In this document: one piece after another, positions 13,101 through 25,100 of the stretch | Numbering within the stretch: the first letter of the stretch is position 1 | Layout of the letters: each line of letters opens with the position of its first letter | DNA from: Chloropicon primus | Lineage: Eukaryota | Direction: 5' to 3' | DNA: 64,000 nucleotides | Assembly: GCA_023205875.1 (NCBI GenBank) | Contig: CP060758.1 | Location: forward strand, 930,001-994,000 | Notes under the pieces: generated by a model | The model's database searches: none | Told to the model about the DNA's origin: nothing | Seen by the model: the letters and a program-made list of their open reading frames with translations, nothing else | Position numbers and translations under genes: made by a program

Positions 13101-16100
13101 ACTGCTGTCATCAGCACTTTCCAAGCAAAGGGCACCGCAGAATTCTCCCCTCACATAGCCATCTGCTGAAGCATCAAGGGTCTTGCACCTTCCGTCTGCA
13201 CTGAGCATACCTGCCTTATGGAACATTTGGGACAGATTTGGAAGCAGTATGGTCTTCACACCAGCTGATATCGATGTCGTTGATGATCGCTCTGTTTCCC
13301 TCAATGCCAAATGTATGGATACCAAAGAAGATGAGCAAGCGGTATCAATAGCTACCGATGGTCCCTTAAGATTGAAGAGGTAAGATACACGTCCACAAGC
13401 AACGCTTGTGGCACTCCCTGATGCTGTGTAAGCGGAAATTGCGCTATATTGTTGCACCATATCGGAATAGTCAACTGTTGAAATACCCAAGAAAAAGGCA
13501 ACGTAATTGGATTCGGACTTCCATGCTTTCTGCCAGGACAAAGCACTAATATCCTGCAGCATATGACGTTGCTCTGGGGACATGGTGACTGCTTCATTGT
13601 TTGATATTTGGAAAACACTGATGTCGAAAGAGTCCAAAATCTCAATGAAAGAACCAAAAGGACAAAGTGAACTTGATCCACTCAATAAAGTAGCATCCCA
13701 TCGACTGTAAGGAACCCTTGATAACGCATCCCCACAACATTGCAAATCTCCTTTTGTCGCAACGTAATCAGATATAGACACAAGAGCAGCACTTGCGTCA
13801 GTAGCCTTCACATCCATGTCTACATCGACGGCTGAAGCGCAACAATCATCCCCCATAGAAACACTCAAATATTCTGACAAAGAATGTACCGTTGGATAAT
13901 CAAATATCAATGTGCCTGGTAGTTGCAGACCCAGCACACCCTCAAGGGTGTTCCTGAATTCGACCGCACCAAGAGAATCCAAACCTGCATCCATCAATGG
14001 CTCGTGCAGACCAACATTCTTTCCAAGGACACTCTGTGTCACATCGAAAACGCTTTTCTCGACATCTTCTGGTCTCAAAGTTTTCATGTTGTTCCTAGAC
14101 AAGTCACTTGTGTTGTGAACGCTTGAAGATGTCTGCACTTGGACTGACACCTCAGATTCGAATTCCGCAAAGAATGGTGAACGCACAGAAGGATTGGCAA
14201 GGAACTTGGACCAATCAAATGGGTTCACACACTGGATAGGAGAAAGCGATTCCATGCTCTGAGTGCATGTCGCAAACGTACTTGCAAGTGTCGACAAGGC
14301 TTGCAAGCCTATCGCAGGACTCACGGCATTCATTCCAGTACGCTCAAGCTTCTGAAGCACCTTTGCTGATGCCATTCCACCACCAGACCACGCACCCCAT
14401 TGAATGCTCGATGCTCCAACACCGGTATGTTGAAGACTCACAGATAAGCTGTCAAGGTATGCATTTGCTGCACTGTATCCGCCTTGGCCAGGTGAGCCCA
14501 AGAGAGATGCAACAGAAGAAAAGTAAAATATCTGCTGTAAAGGATATTCACCCATGCCTTCATGAAGACGATGAGCTGCATCTACCTTTGATCCGTACAC
14601 CAACCTCTGAGAACGGACGGTTTGGTTGGACAAAGAGGCATCAGACAAAACACCACCAGAGTGAATCAAGCCTGTGAAGTCTTCTCCGACCCTCTTGAGA
14701 CCTGAAAGATCTTCCAAGCTCGATGCATCACACTTCAGCATGGTGACAAGACCTCTGATTCCAAGACCAAACGCAGACCTGTCGTGTAGTTGTGCGTTTC
14801 TACCTGAACGGCCCAACAGTGTGGCACTTGCACATCCAGATTTGCACAACCAACTTCCAACAAGTCTCCCTAAGGAGCCCATACCTCCTGTAATCATCAC
14901 CTTCGCATCACTAACGCTGTTCTCAAAAGTCAAGCTGTTGGTAAGCACAACTTTACCTACATGCTTGGCTTGGGACATTTGACGCAAGGCAGCATGTACG
15001 GAACCAAGACTGTGGATCACCTGAGGCAAAGGTCCAATGCTGCCAGAAGCGAGGAAGCGAGCCGTTTGCAACATCATCTGCTGCATTCTGTGTGGCGGCA
15101 AGAAATCCACAGCAAGCAGCTCGTATGTCACATCCTGACGCTCCATCCTCACAGACTGGCGTGACCAAATGTCACGCTTTCCAATCTCAACCATCCTACC
15201 TCCACTGCCCAAAGTGGACAAGGTTGCTCCTACCATACCTGACGACGTCAAGGAGTTCAAAGCAATATCCACACCACCAGTGTAGGACACCAACTCTGGA
15301 TACCGGGTATCTCTCGAGTTCACCACATGCTGAAGCCCCAACGACCTCAGCAAAGAGCGCTTGCGGCTACTTCCAGCCGTGGCCAAGGCGTTGGAACCAC
15401 TGGCTTGGACAACCTGAAGAGCGGCAAGACCGACTCCTCCTGCTGCGGCGTGAATGAGGACATTGTCATTGCGCTGCATGCAAGACGCGTGGGAGAAGGC
15501 AATCTGCACTGTCACAAACACGGTGGGCACTGTGGCTGCGGCACTGAATCCAACATTACTGGGCAAGGGAACGAACAAATCAGAAAGTGCATTCACTTCC
15601 GTACCAAGACAACCCTCTGCGAGGCCAAACACTGACTGACCAACACAGAAGCCGTCTGAACCCTTGGTCTCCACAACCACACCAGAGCAATCGCCTCCTG
15701 GCAAACCTGGGTCCCCGGGATACATGTCCAAAATATTGAGAACATCACGGAAATTCAGTCCAATGGCGTGTACCTGAAGGATCATATCCATGGTGGTTTT
15801 GGAGAGGGGCTCTAAGGCTTGCAGGGCCAAGCTACTGAAAGAACCTCGTGGACTTGGAACAAGCTGCATGTGAGCTTGCTTCAAGTGAGCTCTGCTAGCG
15901 ATGAGAGTAGGCACCAAGACCATTCCCCCACGGAGAGCTTCTCCTTGAACATCTGATTCTGCACTTCTCATCAGCAGAGAGTCGACAATCAACGCGTTCG
16001 CATTGGAACCAACGTTGATTGTGTCCTCGATAGATACGTCAACACCACCGCAGGTCAAATTCTGGCATTCCTGTGCTACAGTGCGCATCAGACCCCACAG

Positions 16101-19100
16101 GTGTCCCTGAGACGTGTTGACGTCGTTGATGGGGCAATCAAGAGCTCCATAAGCACCGAAGGTCTTCAGATGCACGCATTGGATTTCCTGTGCTTCTTGC
16201 TTCTGACATTCCTGGAAGTATTGGAGCTCATGAAAGATGTTGTCCTGACATGTAACTTCCATTCTGGGTTCCAAAGCGAGCATCTCAACTTGAGGCAATG
16301 ACGCGGTCCACGACATAGAGTATATTGTCTTTGTGACCGCAAGGCTTGTGCGGTCAACCTTCTTCTGGTCAATGGAGCGTGCCGACAATCCAGCAAGAGA
16401 CATCAGAGGGCCTGATCCAGACGTTTTAAAAGTGTAGTCCAGAGTGAAGGTATGGTTCACGGCACCGATGGAGGGCCTTTGAGTTGCTTCTACGGCGGTA
16501 TCTGCAGTGAAGGCATCACCATTCAAGAACAGCGCTTCAAACCCTGTTGGCACGCGTGATGACATTGAAACCTCCTCCAAGGATTGCACACATTGGCCCA
16601 GTTGTAGACCGCAGTCAAACATATGCGGATCAACTACGAACTTAGTTCGGTCGCTGAACGAAGATCGCACAAGGTTTGCCTGTAAAGACTCCGTTCTTTT
16701 TGACGACCCAATCTCGGATTGCATGGTAGTTGATTCCTTGATATTGATCTGTTGGACAGAAAAATGCACGACCTTGGAGTGTTTGGTCGAACTAGAAAGT
16801 GTGAGATCACCTTGATGAGAAACTTTTGTTTCTACATGTTGTCGGCTTCCTTGTACGATTTGGAGGGCTGCAGGGATAGTTCCAGCATTGTAACCAAAGG
16901 TCTCATTATTGGGATTTGCACTCTTTGCACTGGCTGCAACCACCTCAAGAAGACCAGTGAATGGCATGATGCATTTACCGTGCACAATGTGATCCAACAA
17001 TGTTTGCATACAAGGATGGGCAAGATCAGCAACAAAGGTGACATGATCAGGCGCTACAACAACCTTCCCCAGACTCAAAGATGTGAACGGTTTGAACTTG
17101 ATCAATGCTTGTTGTTGAATTTTGCGACCAATGACTCTCATCTCTGTATTCTGAGTTCCCTTGTGTATCGCAACATGTGAGTTTGTACCTTGGAACGCAA
17201 AAGAGCTTACACCAACAGAAATGCCATGGGTATGCTGGACATTTGAATACTCTCTTGGCATGTGCAACGCAAAAGACGCTGCATGTTGTCTGTCCCCAGA
17301 AGAAACCAGATTCGCAATATAGGGGTTAATCGATGTCAGGTGCAGAACAGGCCTAGAAGTATGCTTTGCTGCAACAGTAATTGCATTCAACAAACCGTTC
17401 ATGCCAGCAGCTGGTTCTGCATGTCCAACCCAAGACTTTGATGAGGATAAAGCAAGAGGAACAAAACTCGCCCTACTTTCAAAAACCTTCTTCAAAGCTC
17501 CCAATTCGATAGGATCGCCTAAGCTCGTACCAGTTCCATGCATTTCTATGCCACAGATATCCTCGGCAGATAGAGGACCATCTGCAAGACTACGACGGAC
17601 AACCTCTTGCTGTGAAGGACCATTGGGCGCAGTCAGCGTACTTGACCTGCCATCCTGATTAACAGAGGAACCAGCAATGACAATATGCCCCTCTTCGGAA
17701 CTGTTGCTTCCATCTACGAGAGGTTCTAACAGGAGCGTACCACATGATTCACCGCGCACGTAACCATCTGCTCTCGCATCAAGAGTCTTGCATCGTCCAT
17801 CTCGAGAGAGCATTTTCGCCATCGCCACATATAGTGTTGATGAACAATCAGACACGATATGAACACCTCCTGCAATGCTCTGGCAACTATACTCTTGAAC
17901 ATATTTCGAGGCCAAGGATGTAGCAACCAAACTTGAAGAACAAGCTGTATCCACAGCGAGAGAAGGTCCGCAAATACCCAGTGTGAACGAAATTCGACCA
18001 CAAGTCACACTCACACCCATACCAGTTGCATGGAATGGCGTTCCTTCGGAATGCTTCATCAACCCAATATTATGTCCTGTAGGAGCAACACCAACATACA
18101 CACCTGTATTCTTGCCCTGCATGTCACCAAAAGCAAAAGAATCATAACACATCTCAAGAAGCAAGTACTGCTGTGGATCCATGTAGGTTGCCTCGGCACT
18201 ACCAATCTGGAATGCTTCTCTGTCGAAATATTCGATATCTTCCATGAAAGAACCAAAGCGCGTTGTCAGCAAGCTACTATCAACAGTGTAAAGATCCTCA
18301 GCATCCCAACGGTTGTAAGGCACAACACGAATGCCATCTTTCCCTATCGAAGAAGTCTGCAATGCATGCTTTGGCTCAGAAAAATTGTAGTTGGAAATGA
18401 CACACGCAATATCAGATTGCGATCTAGGCACTAGTTCTTGATCTATCTTTGCCTCTTCTCTCATGCCTCCCAGCATTGTGATAACAAACTCAGATAGAGA
18501 ATGTACCGTTGGATAATCAAATATCAATGTGCCTGGTAGTTGCAGACCCAGCACACCCTCAAGGGTGTTCCTGAATTCGACCGCACCAAGAGAATCCAAA
18601 CCTGCATCCATCAATGGCTCGTGCAGACCAACATTCTTTCCAAGGACACTCTGTGTCACATCGAAAACGCTTTTCTCGACATCGTCTGGTCTCAAAGTTT
18701 TCATGTTGTTCCTAGACAAGTCACTTGTGTTGTGAACGCTTGAAGATGTCTGCACTTGGACTGACACCTCAGATTCGAATTCCGCAAAGAATGGTGAACG
18801 CACAGAAGGATTGGCAAGGAACTTGGACCAATCAAATGGGTTCACACACTGGATAGGAGAAAGCGATTCCATGCTCTGAGTGCATGTCGCAAACGTACTT
18901 GCAAGTGTCGACAAGGCTTGCAAGCCTATCGCAGGACTCACGGCATTCATTCCAGTACGCTCAAGCTTCTGAAGCACCTTTGCTGATGCCATTCCACCAC
19001 CAGACCACGCACCCCATTGAATGCTCGATGCTCCAACACCGGTATGTTGAAGACTCACAGATAAGCTGTCAAGGTATGCATTTGCTGCACTGTATCCGCC

Positions 19101-22100
19101 TTGGCCAGGTGAGCCCAAGAGAGATGCAACAGAAGAAAAGTAAAATATCTGCTGTAAAGGATATTCACCCATGCCTTCATGAAGACGATGAGCTGCATCT
19201 ACCTTTGATCCGTACACCAACCTCTGAGAACGGACGGTTTGGTTGGACAAAGAGGCATCAGACAAAACACCACCAGAGTGAATCAAGCCTGTGAAGTCTT
19301 CTCCGACCCTCTTGAGACCTGAAAGATCTTCCAAGCTCGATGCATCACACTTCAGCATGGTGACAAGACCTCTGATTCCAAGACCAAACGCAGACCTGTC
19401 GTGTAGTTGTGCGTTTCTACCTGAACGGCCCAACAGTGTGGCACTTGCACATCCAGATTTGCACAACCAACTTCCAACAAGTCTGCCTAGGGTTCCGAGA
19501 CCGCCTACGATGACGAATTTTTCAGAATTGAAGGTACTGTTGAAGTGCTGGAAATGCACTTTCGTTGGCTTTAGATGGGGATGGAAGGAAATTCCGTGAG
19601 AATTGCCACATTCCTGATGAATGATATCGGAGTGATGTGATTCTACGGTCAGTAAAACGGCATTGTGTTTTCCTCCAACTTCTTGCTTTGAAAAACTCGT
19701 TGACTTGAAATCAGTGTGCCTGATTTCCTGTGCTACAGTGCGCATCAGACCCCACAGGTGTCCCTGAGACGTGTTGACGTCGTTGATGGGGCAATCAAGA
19801 GCTCCATAAGCACCGAAGGTCTTCAGATGCACGCATTGGATTTCCTGTGCTTCTTGCTTCTGACATTCCTGGAAGTATTGGAGCTCATGAAAGATGTTGT
19901 CCTGACATGTAACTTCCATTCTGGGTTCCAAAGCGAGCATCTCAACTTGAGGCAATGACGCGGTCCACGACATAGAGTATATTGTCTTTGTGACCGCAAG
20001 GCTTGTGCGGTCAACCTTCTTCTGGTCAATGGAGCGTGCCGACAATCCAGCAAGAGACATCAGAGGGCCTGATCCAGACGTCTTAAAAGTGTAGTCCAGA
20101 GTGAAGGTATGGTTCACGGCACCGACGGAGGGCCTTTGAGTTGCTTCTACGGCGGTATCTGCAGTGAAGGCATCACCATTCAAGAACAGCGCTTCAAACC
20201 CTGTTGGCACGCGTGATGACATTGAAACCTCCTCCAAGGATTGCACACATTGGCCCAATTGTAGACCGCAGTCAAGCATCTCAACTGAAATGTTTGAATC
20301 AGTAGCGTAAAGCCCAGTTGTAATTGTCCCAACACTGTTAGGACCGATAGACTGCGGCTGCAAAGATTTATGCTTTTGATTTTCTTTGCTACTCTCGACT
20401 TCATGTACACGAGCGTGAGTAGCTTGCAAAACAACAATTTCATTGCTCAAGGAAGCTCTCTTCATCACTACCGAATCTTCTTCTAATGCAATTGTGATTG
20501 CCGTAGAATCACGCGGGTTGCGTTGATCGTGGGGGCATACCACAGAAGCATTACTAATTCCAACAGCTTCAGAGAATACCAACTTGGTTGCGTAGTACAT
20601 GGGAACAGCGTACACTCCCAAACTTGCGGTACTATGTGCAAAGCAACAACGAACCTCAAATTGTATCGGATGAGAGCTAGCCAACTTGAAGTCATTGAAT
20701 GGGTAAATGCTTTTGATGTGCCCGATGTTCGATATCCATTTGAAAGACAAATGGCGAATACTTGCGGTCAGGGTCACACAATGCCCACTAACACGTTCAG
20801 ACAAAACTGAATGGCCATTAGTTCCCTGAAACGCAAAAGAGCTTACACCAACAGAAATGCCATGGGTATGCTGGACATTTGAATACTCTCTTGGCATGTG
20901 CAACGCAAAAGACGCTGCATGTTGTCTGTCCCCAGAAGAAACCAGATTCGCAATATAGGGGTTAATCGATGTCAGGTGCAGAACAGGCCTAGAAGTATGC
21001 TTTGCTGCAACAGTAATTGCATTCAACAAACCGTTCATGCCAGCAGCTGGTTCTGCATGTCCAACCCAAGACTTTGATGAGGATAAAGCAAGAGGAACAA
21101 AACTCGCCCTACTTTCAAAAACCTTCTTCAAAGCTCCCAATTCGATAGGATCGCCTAAGCCCGTACCAGTTCCATGCATTTCTATGCCACAGATATCCTC
21201 GGCAGATAGAGGACCATCTGCAAGACTACGACGGACAACCTCTTGCTGTGAAGGACCATTGGGCGCAGTCAGCGTACTTGACCTGCCATCCTGATTAACA
21301 GAGGAACCAGCAATGACAATATGCCCCTCTTCGGAACTGTTGCTTCCATCTACGAGAGGTTCTAACAGGAGCGTACCACATGATTCACCGCGCACGTAAC
21401 CATCTGCTCTCGCATCAAGAGTCTTGCATCGTCCATCCCGAGCAAGCATACCAGATGATTCAAACATTAATGAAGTAGACTTCAAAATTGTAGTGTTCAC
21501 TCCTGAAACTGCTGACGATGATCCGACAGGTACCCTTATAACATTCTGCTTTGCAATACTAAGAGCAACCAAACTTGAAGAACAAGCTGTATCGATGGAA
21601 ACCGCAGGACCCTTCAAACCGAAAAAGTAAGAAACTCTTCCAGCTGCACAGCTCATCGCAATTCCAGTCGCAAGGAAAGGTGGAATCTTCGTGACCGATT
21701 TCAGCAACAGTGAATTGTAGTCCGAGCTCGAAATACCAACGAACACTCCAACATCACAGGATGCAAAGCCATTCCGATTTAAAACTATGGCATTCGAACC
21801 CAGCAGCAAGCAATGCTGTGGATCCATGTAGGTTGCCTCGGCACTACCAATCTGGAATGCTTCTCTGTCGAAATATTCGATATCTTCCATGAAAGAACCA
21901 AAGCGCGTTGTCAGCAAGCTACTATCAACAGTGTAAAGATCCTCAGCATCCCAACGGTTGTAAGGCACAACACGAATGCCATCTTTCCCTATCGAAGAAG
22001 TCTGCAATGCATGCTTTGGCTCAGAAAAATTGTAGTTGGAAATGACACACGCAATATCAGATTGCGATCTAGGCACTAGTTCTTGATCTATCTTTGCCTC

Positions 22101-25100
22101 TTCTCTCATGCCTCCCAGCATTGTGATAACAAACTCAGATAGAGAATGTACCGTTGGATAATCAAATATCAATGTGCCTGGTAGTTGCAGACCCAGCACA
22201 CCCTCAAGGGTGTTCCTGAATTCGACCGCACCAAGAGAATCCAAACCTGCATCCATCAATGGCTCGTGCAGACCAACATTCTTTCCAAGGACACTCTGTG
22301 TCACATCGAAAACGCTTTTCTCGACATCGTCTGGTCTCAAAGTTTTCATGTTGTTCCTAGACAAGTCACTTGTGTTGTGAACGCTTGAAGATGTCTGCAC
22401 TTGGACTGACACCTCAGATTCGAATTCCGCAAAGAATGGTGAACGCACAGAAGGATTGGCAAGGAACTTGGACCAATCAAATGGGTTCACACACTGGATA
22501 GGAGAAAGCGATTCCATGCTCTGAGTGCATGTCGCAAACGTACTTGCAAGTGTCGACAAGGCTTGCAAGCCTATCGCAGGACTCACGGCATTCATTCCAG
22601 TACGCTCAAGCTTCTGAAGCACCTTTGCTGATGCCATTCCACCACCAGACCACGCACCCCATTGAATGCTCGATGCTCCAACACCGGTATGTTGAAGACT
22701 CACAGATAAGCTGTCAAGGTATGCATTTGCTGCACTGTATCCGCCTTGGCCAGGTGAGCCCAAGAGAGATGCAACAGAAGAAAAGTAAAATATCTGCTGT
22801 AAAGGATATTCACCCATGCCTTCATGAAGACGATGAGCTGCATCTACCTTTGATCCGTACACCAACCTCTGAGAACGGACGGTTTGGTTGGATAAAGAGG
22901 CATCAGACAAAACACCACCAGAGTGAATCAAGCCTGTGAAGTCTTCTCCGACCCTCTTGAGACCTGAAAGATCTTCCAAGCTCGATGCATCACACTTCAG
23001 CATGGTGACAAGACCTCTGATTCCAAGACCAAACGCAGACCTGTCGTGTAGTTGTGCGTTTCTACCTGAACGGCCCAACAGTGTGGCACTTGCACATCCA
23101 GATTTGCACAACCAACTTCCAACAAGTCTCCCTAAGGAGCCCATACCTCCTGTAATCATCACCTTCGCATCACTAACGCTGTTCTCAAAAGTCAAGCTGT
23201 TGGTAAGCACAACTTTACCTACATGCTTGGCTTGGGACATTTGACGCAAGGCAGCATGTACGGAACCAAGACTGTGGATCACCTGAGGCAAAGGTCCAAT
23301 GCTGCCAGAAGCGAGGAAGCGAGCCGTTTGCAACATCATCTGCTGCATTCTGTGTGGCGGCAAGAAATCCACAGCAAGCAGCTCGTATGTCACATCCTGA
23401 CGCTCCATCCTCACAGACTGGCGTGACCAAATGTCACGCTTTCCAATCTCAACCATCCTACCTCCACTGCCCAAAGTGGACAAGGTTGCTCCTACCATAC
23501 CTGACGACGTCAAGGAGTTCAAAGCAATATCCACACCACCAGTGTAGGACACCAACTCTGGATACCGGGTATCTCTCGAGTTCACCACATGCTGAAGCCC
23601 CAACGACCTCAGCAAAGAGCGCTTGCGGCTACTTCCAGCCGTGGCCAAGGCGTTGGAACCACTGGCTTGGACAACCTGAAGAGCGGCAAGACCGACTCCT
23701 CCTGCTGCGGCGTGAATGAGGACATTGTCATTGCGCTGCATGCAAGACGCGTGGGAGAAGGCAATCTGCACTGTCACAAACACGGTGGGCACTGTGGCTG
23801 CGGCACTGAATCCAACATTACTGGGCAAGGGAACGAACAAATCAGAAAGTGCATTCACTTCCGTACCAAGACAACCCTCTGCGAGGCCAAACACTGACTG
23901 ACCAACACAGAAGCCGTCTGAACCCTTGGTCTCCACAACCACACCAGAGCAATCGCCTCCTGGCAAACCTGGGTCCCCGGGATACATGTCCAAAATATTG
24001 AGAACATCACGGAAATTCAGTCCAATGGCGTGTACCTGAAGGATCATATCCATGGTGGTTTTGGAGAGGGGCTCTAAGGCTTGCAGGGCCAAGCTACTGA
24101 AAGAACCTCGTGGACTTGGAACAAGCTGCATGTGAGCTTGCTTCAAGTGAGCTCTGCTGGCGATGAGAGTAGGCACCAAGACCATTCCCCCACGGAGAGC
24201 TTCTCCTTGAACATCTGATTCTGCACTTCTCATCAGCAGAGAGTCGACAATCAACGCATTCGCATTGGAACCAACGTTGATTGTGTCCTCGATAGATACG
24301 TCAACACCACCGCAGGTCAAATTCTGGCATTCCTGTGCTACAGTGCGCATCAGACCCCACAGGTGTCCCTGAGACGTGTTGACGTCGTTGGTGGGGCAAT
24401 CAAGAGCTCCATAAGCACCGAAGGTTTGAAGGTTCATAGGCATATGACCCTTGTTGATCAAATCACGCACAACGCTGAGGGCCAACCCCATCGAGCTGAT
24501 TTGAGAATCAGGTTCTAAAATAAGCATTGAATCGGTAGCAGAACCCAAAGGACTCGATGACTGAGCAAGACAAGCATTCCACTGCACAAAGTAGGTCGTG
24601 GATCTCTTTTCTTCAATGGATGCCTTGGAGACCGAGGTCCCTGAAGACATGCTCTTGGTCAACAAGTTGTACACAGTGCTTGAAGACAGGCCGTTTGGAT
24701 CTTGAAGGCTATGCTGGCTCATGCTCTTCTGAGCCGAACTAAACACAGTCTTTGCGACAGCATGCAAAACATTGGATTTGGTTCGCTGGTGCACAACAAA
24801 AGCGTCAATTCCAGCAGGAACTTGTGTTTGTTGATCCTCCCCTGATCCGTTATCGACCAAACTTGTAGCTCCAAGCTGGAGGCAACCATCCAGAGCGCTA
24901 GGGTGTGTATACATGCCATTCAAAGCACCACTCTCCTGGCCACCAATGTGAGCATACGCCTCACCCGACAGGTGTCCGTTGTGTCTTATGGCCTTCAGTA
25001 CTTGGAACTTGGTCATGTAGTTCAAACCAACTTGATGCATCGCATCGTAAAGAACGACCGATGGAATGGGTACAGCAGATTTTGCCCTCAAGTTTTCTTT

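Larger units (their letters stand above)
1..13226. repeat. Tandem array with a 4836-bp period (1612 codons, one PKS module); about 2.7 copies in the window
   Basis: The sequence at 1 recurs at 4837 and 9673, and ORF-track entries repeat at +4836. Identity ends after gccttatggaacat at 13226. Only a handful of substitutions seen. Confidence 0.97.
13870..18420 (-). other. PKS module 5: KS-DH-ER-KR-ACP
   Basis: KS VDTACSSS/EMHGTGT; DH LDHIVHGKCIMP, DPHMFDCGLQ; ER, KR and ACP near-identical to module 3. Confidence 0.87.

Noticed and set aside
1..13226. 4.8-kb repeats as transposon/LTR, rDNA or satellite array
   Set aside because: No transposase/RT motifs, terminal repeats or rRNA sequence; each unit encodes an in-frame PKS module.
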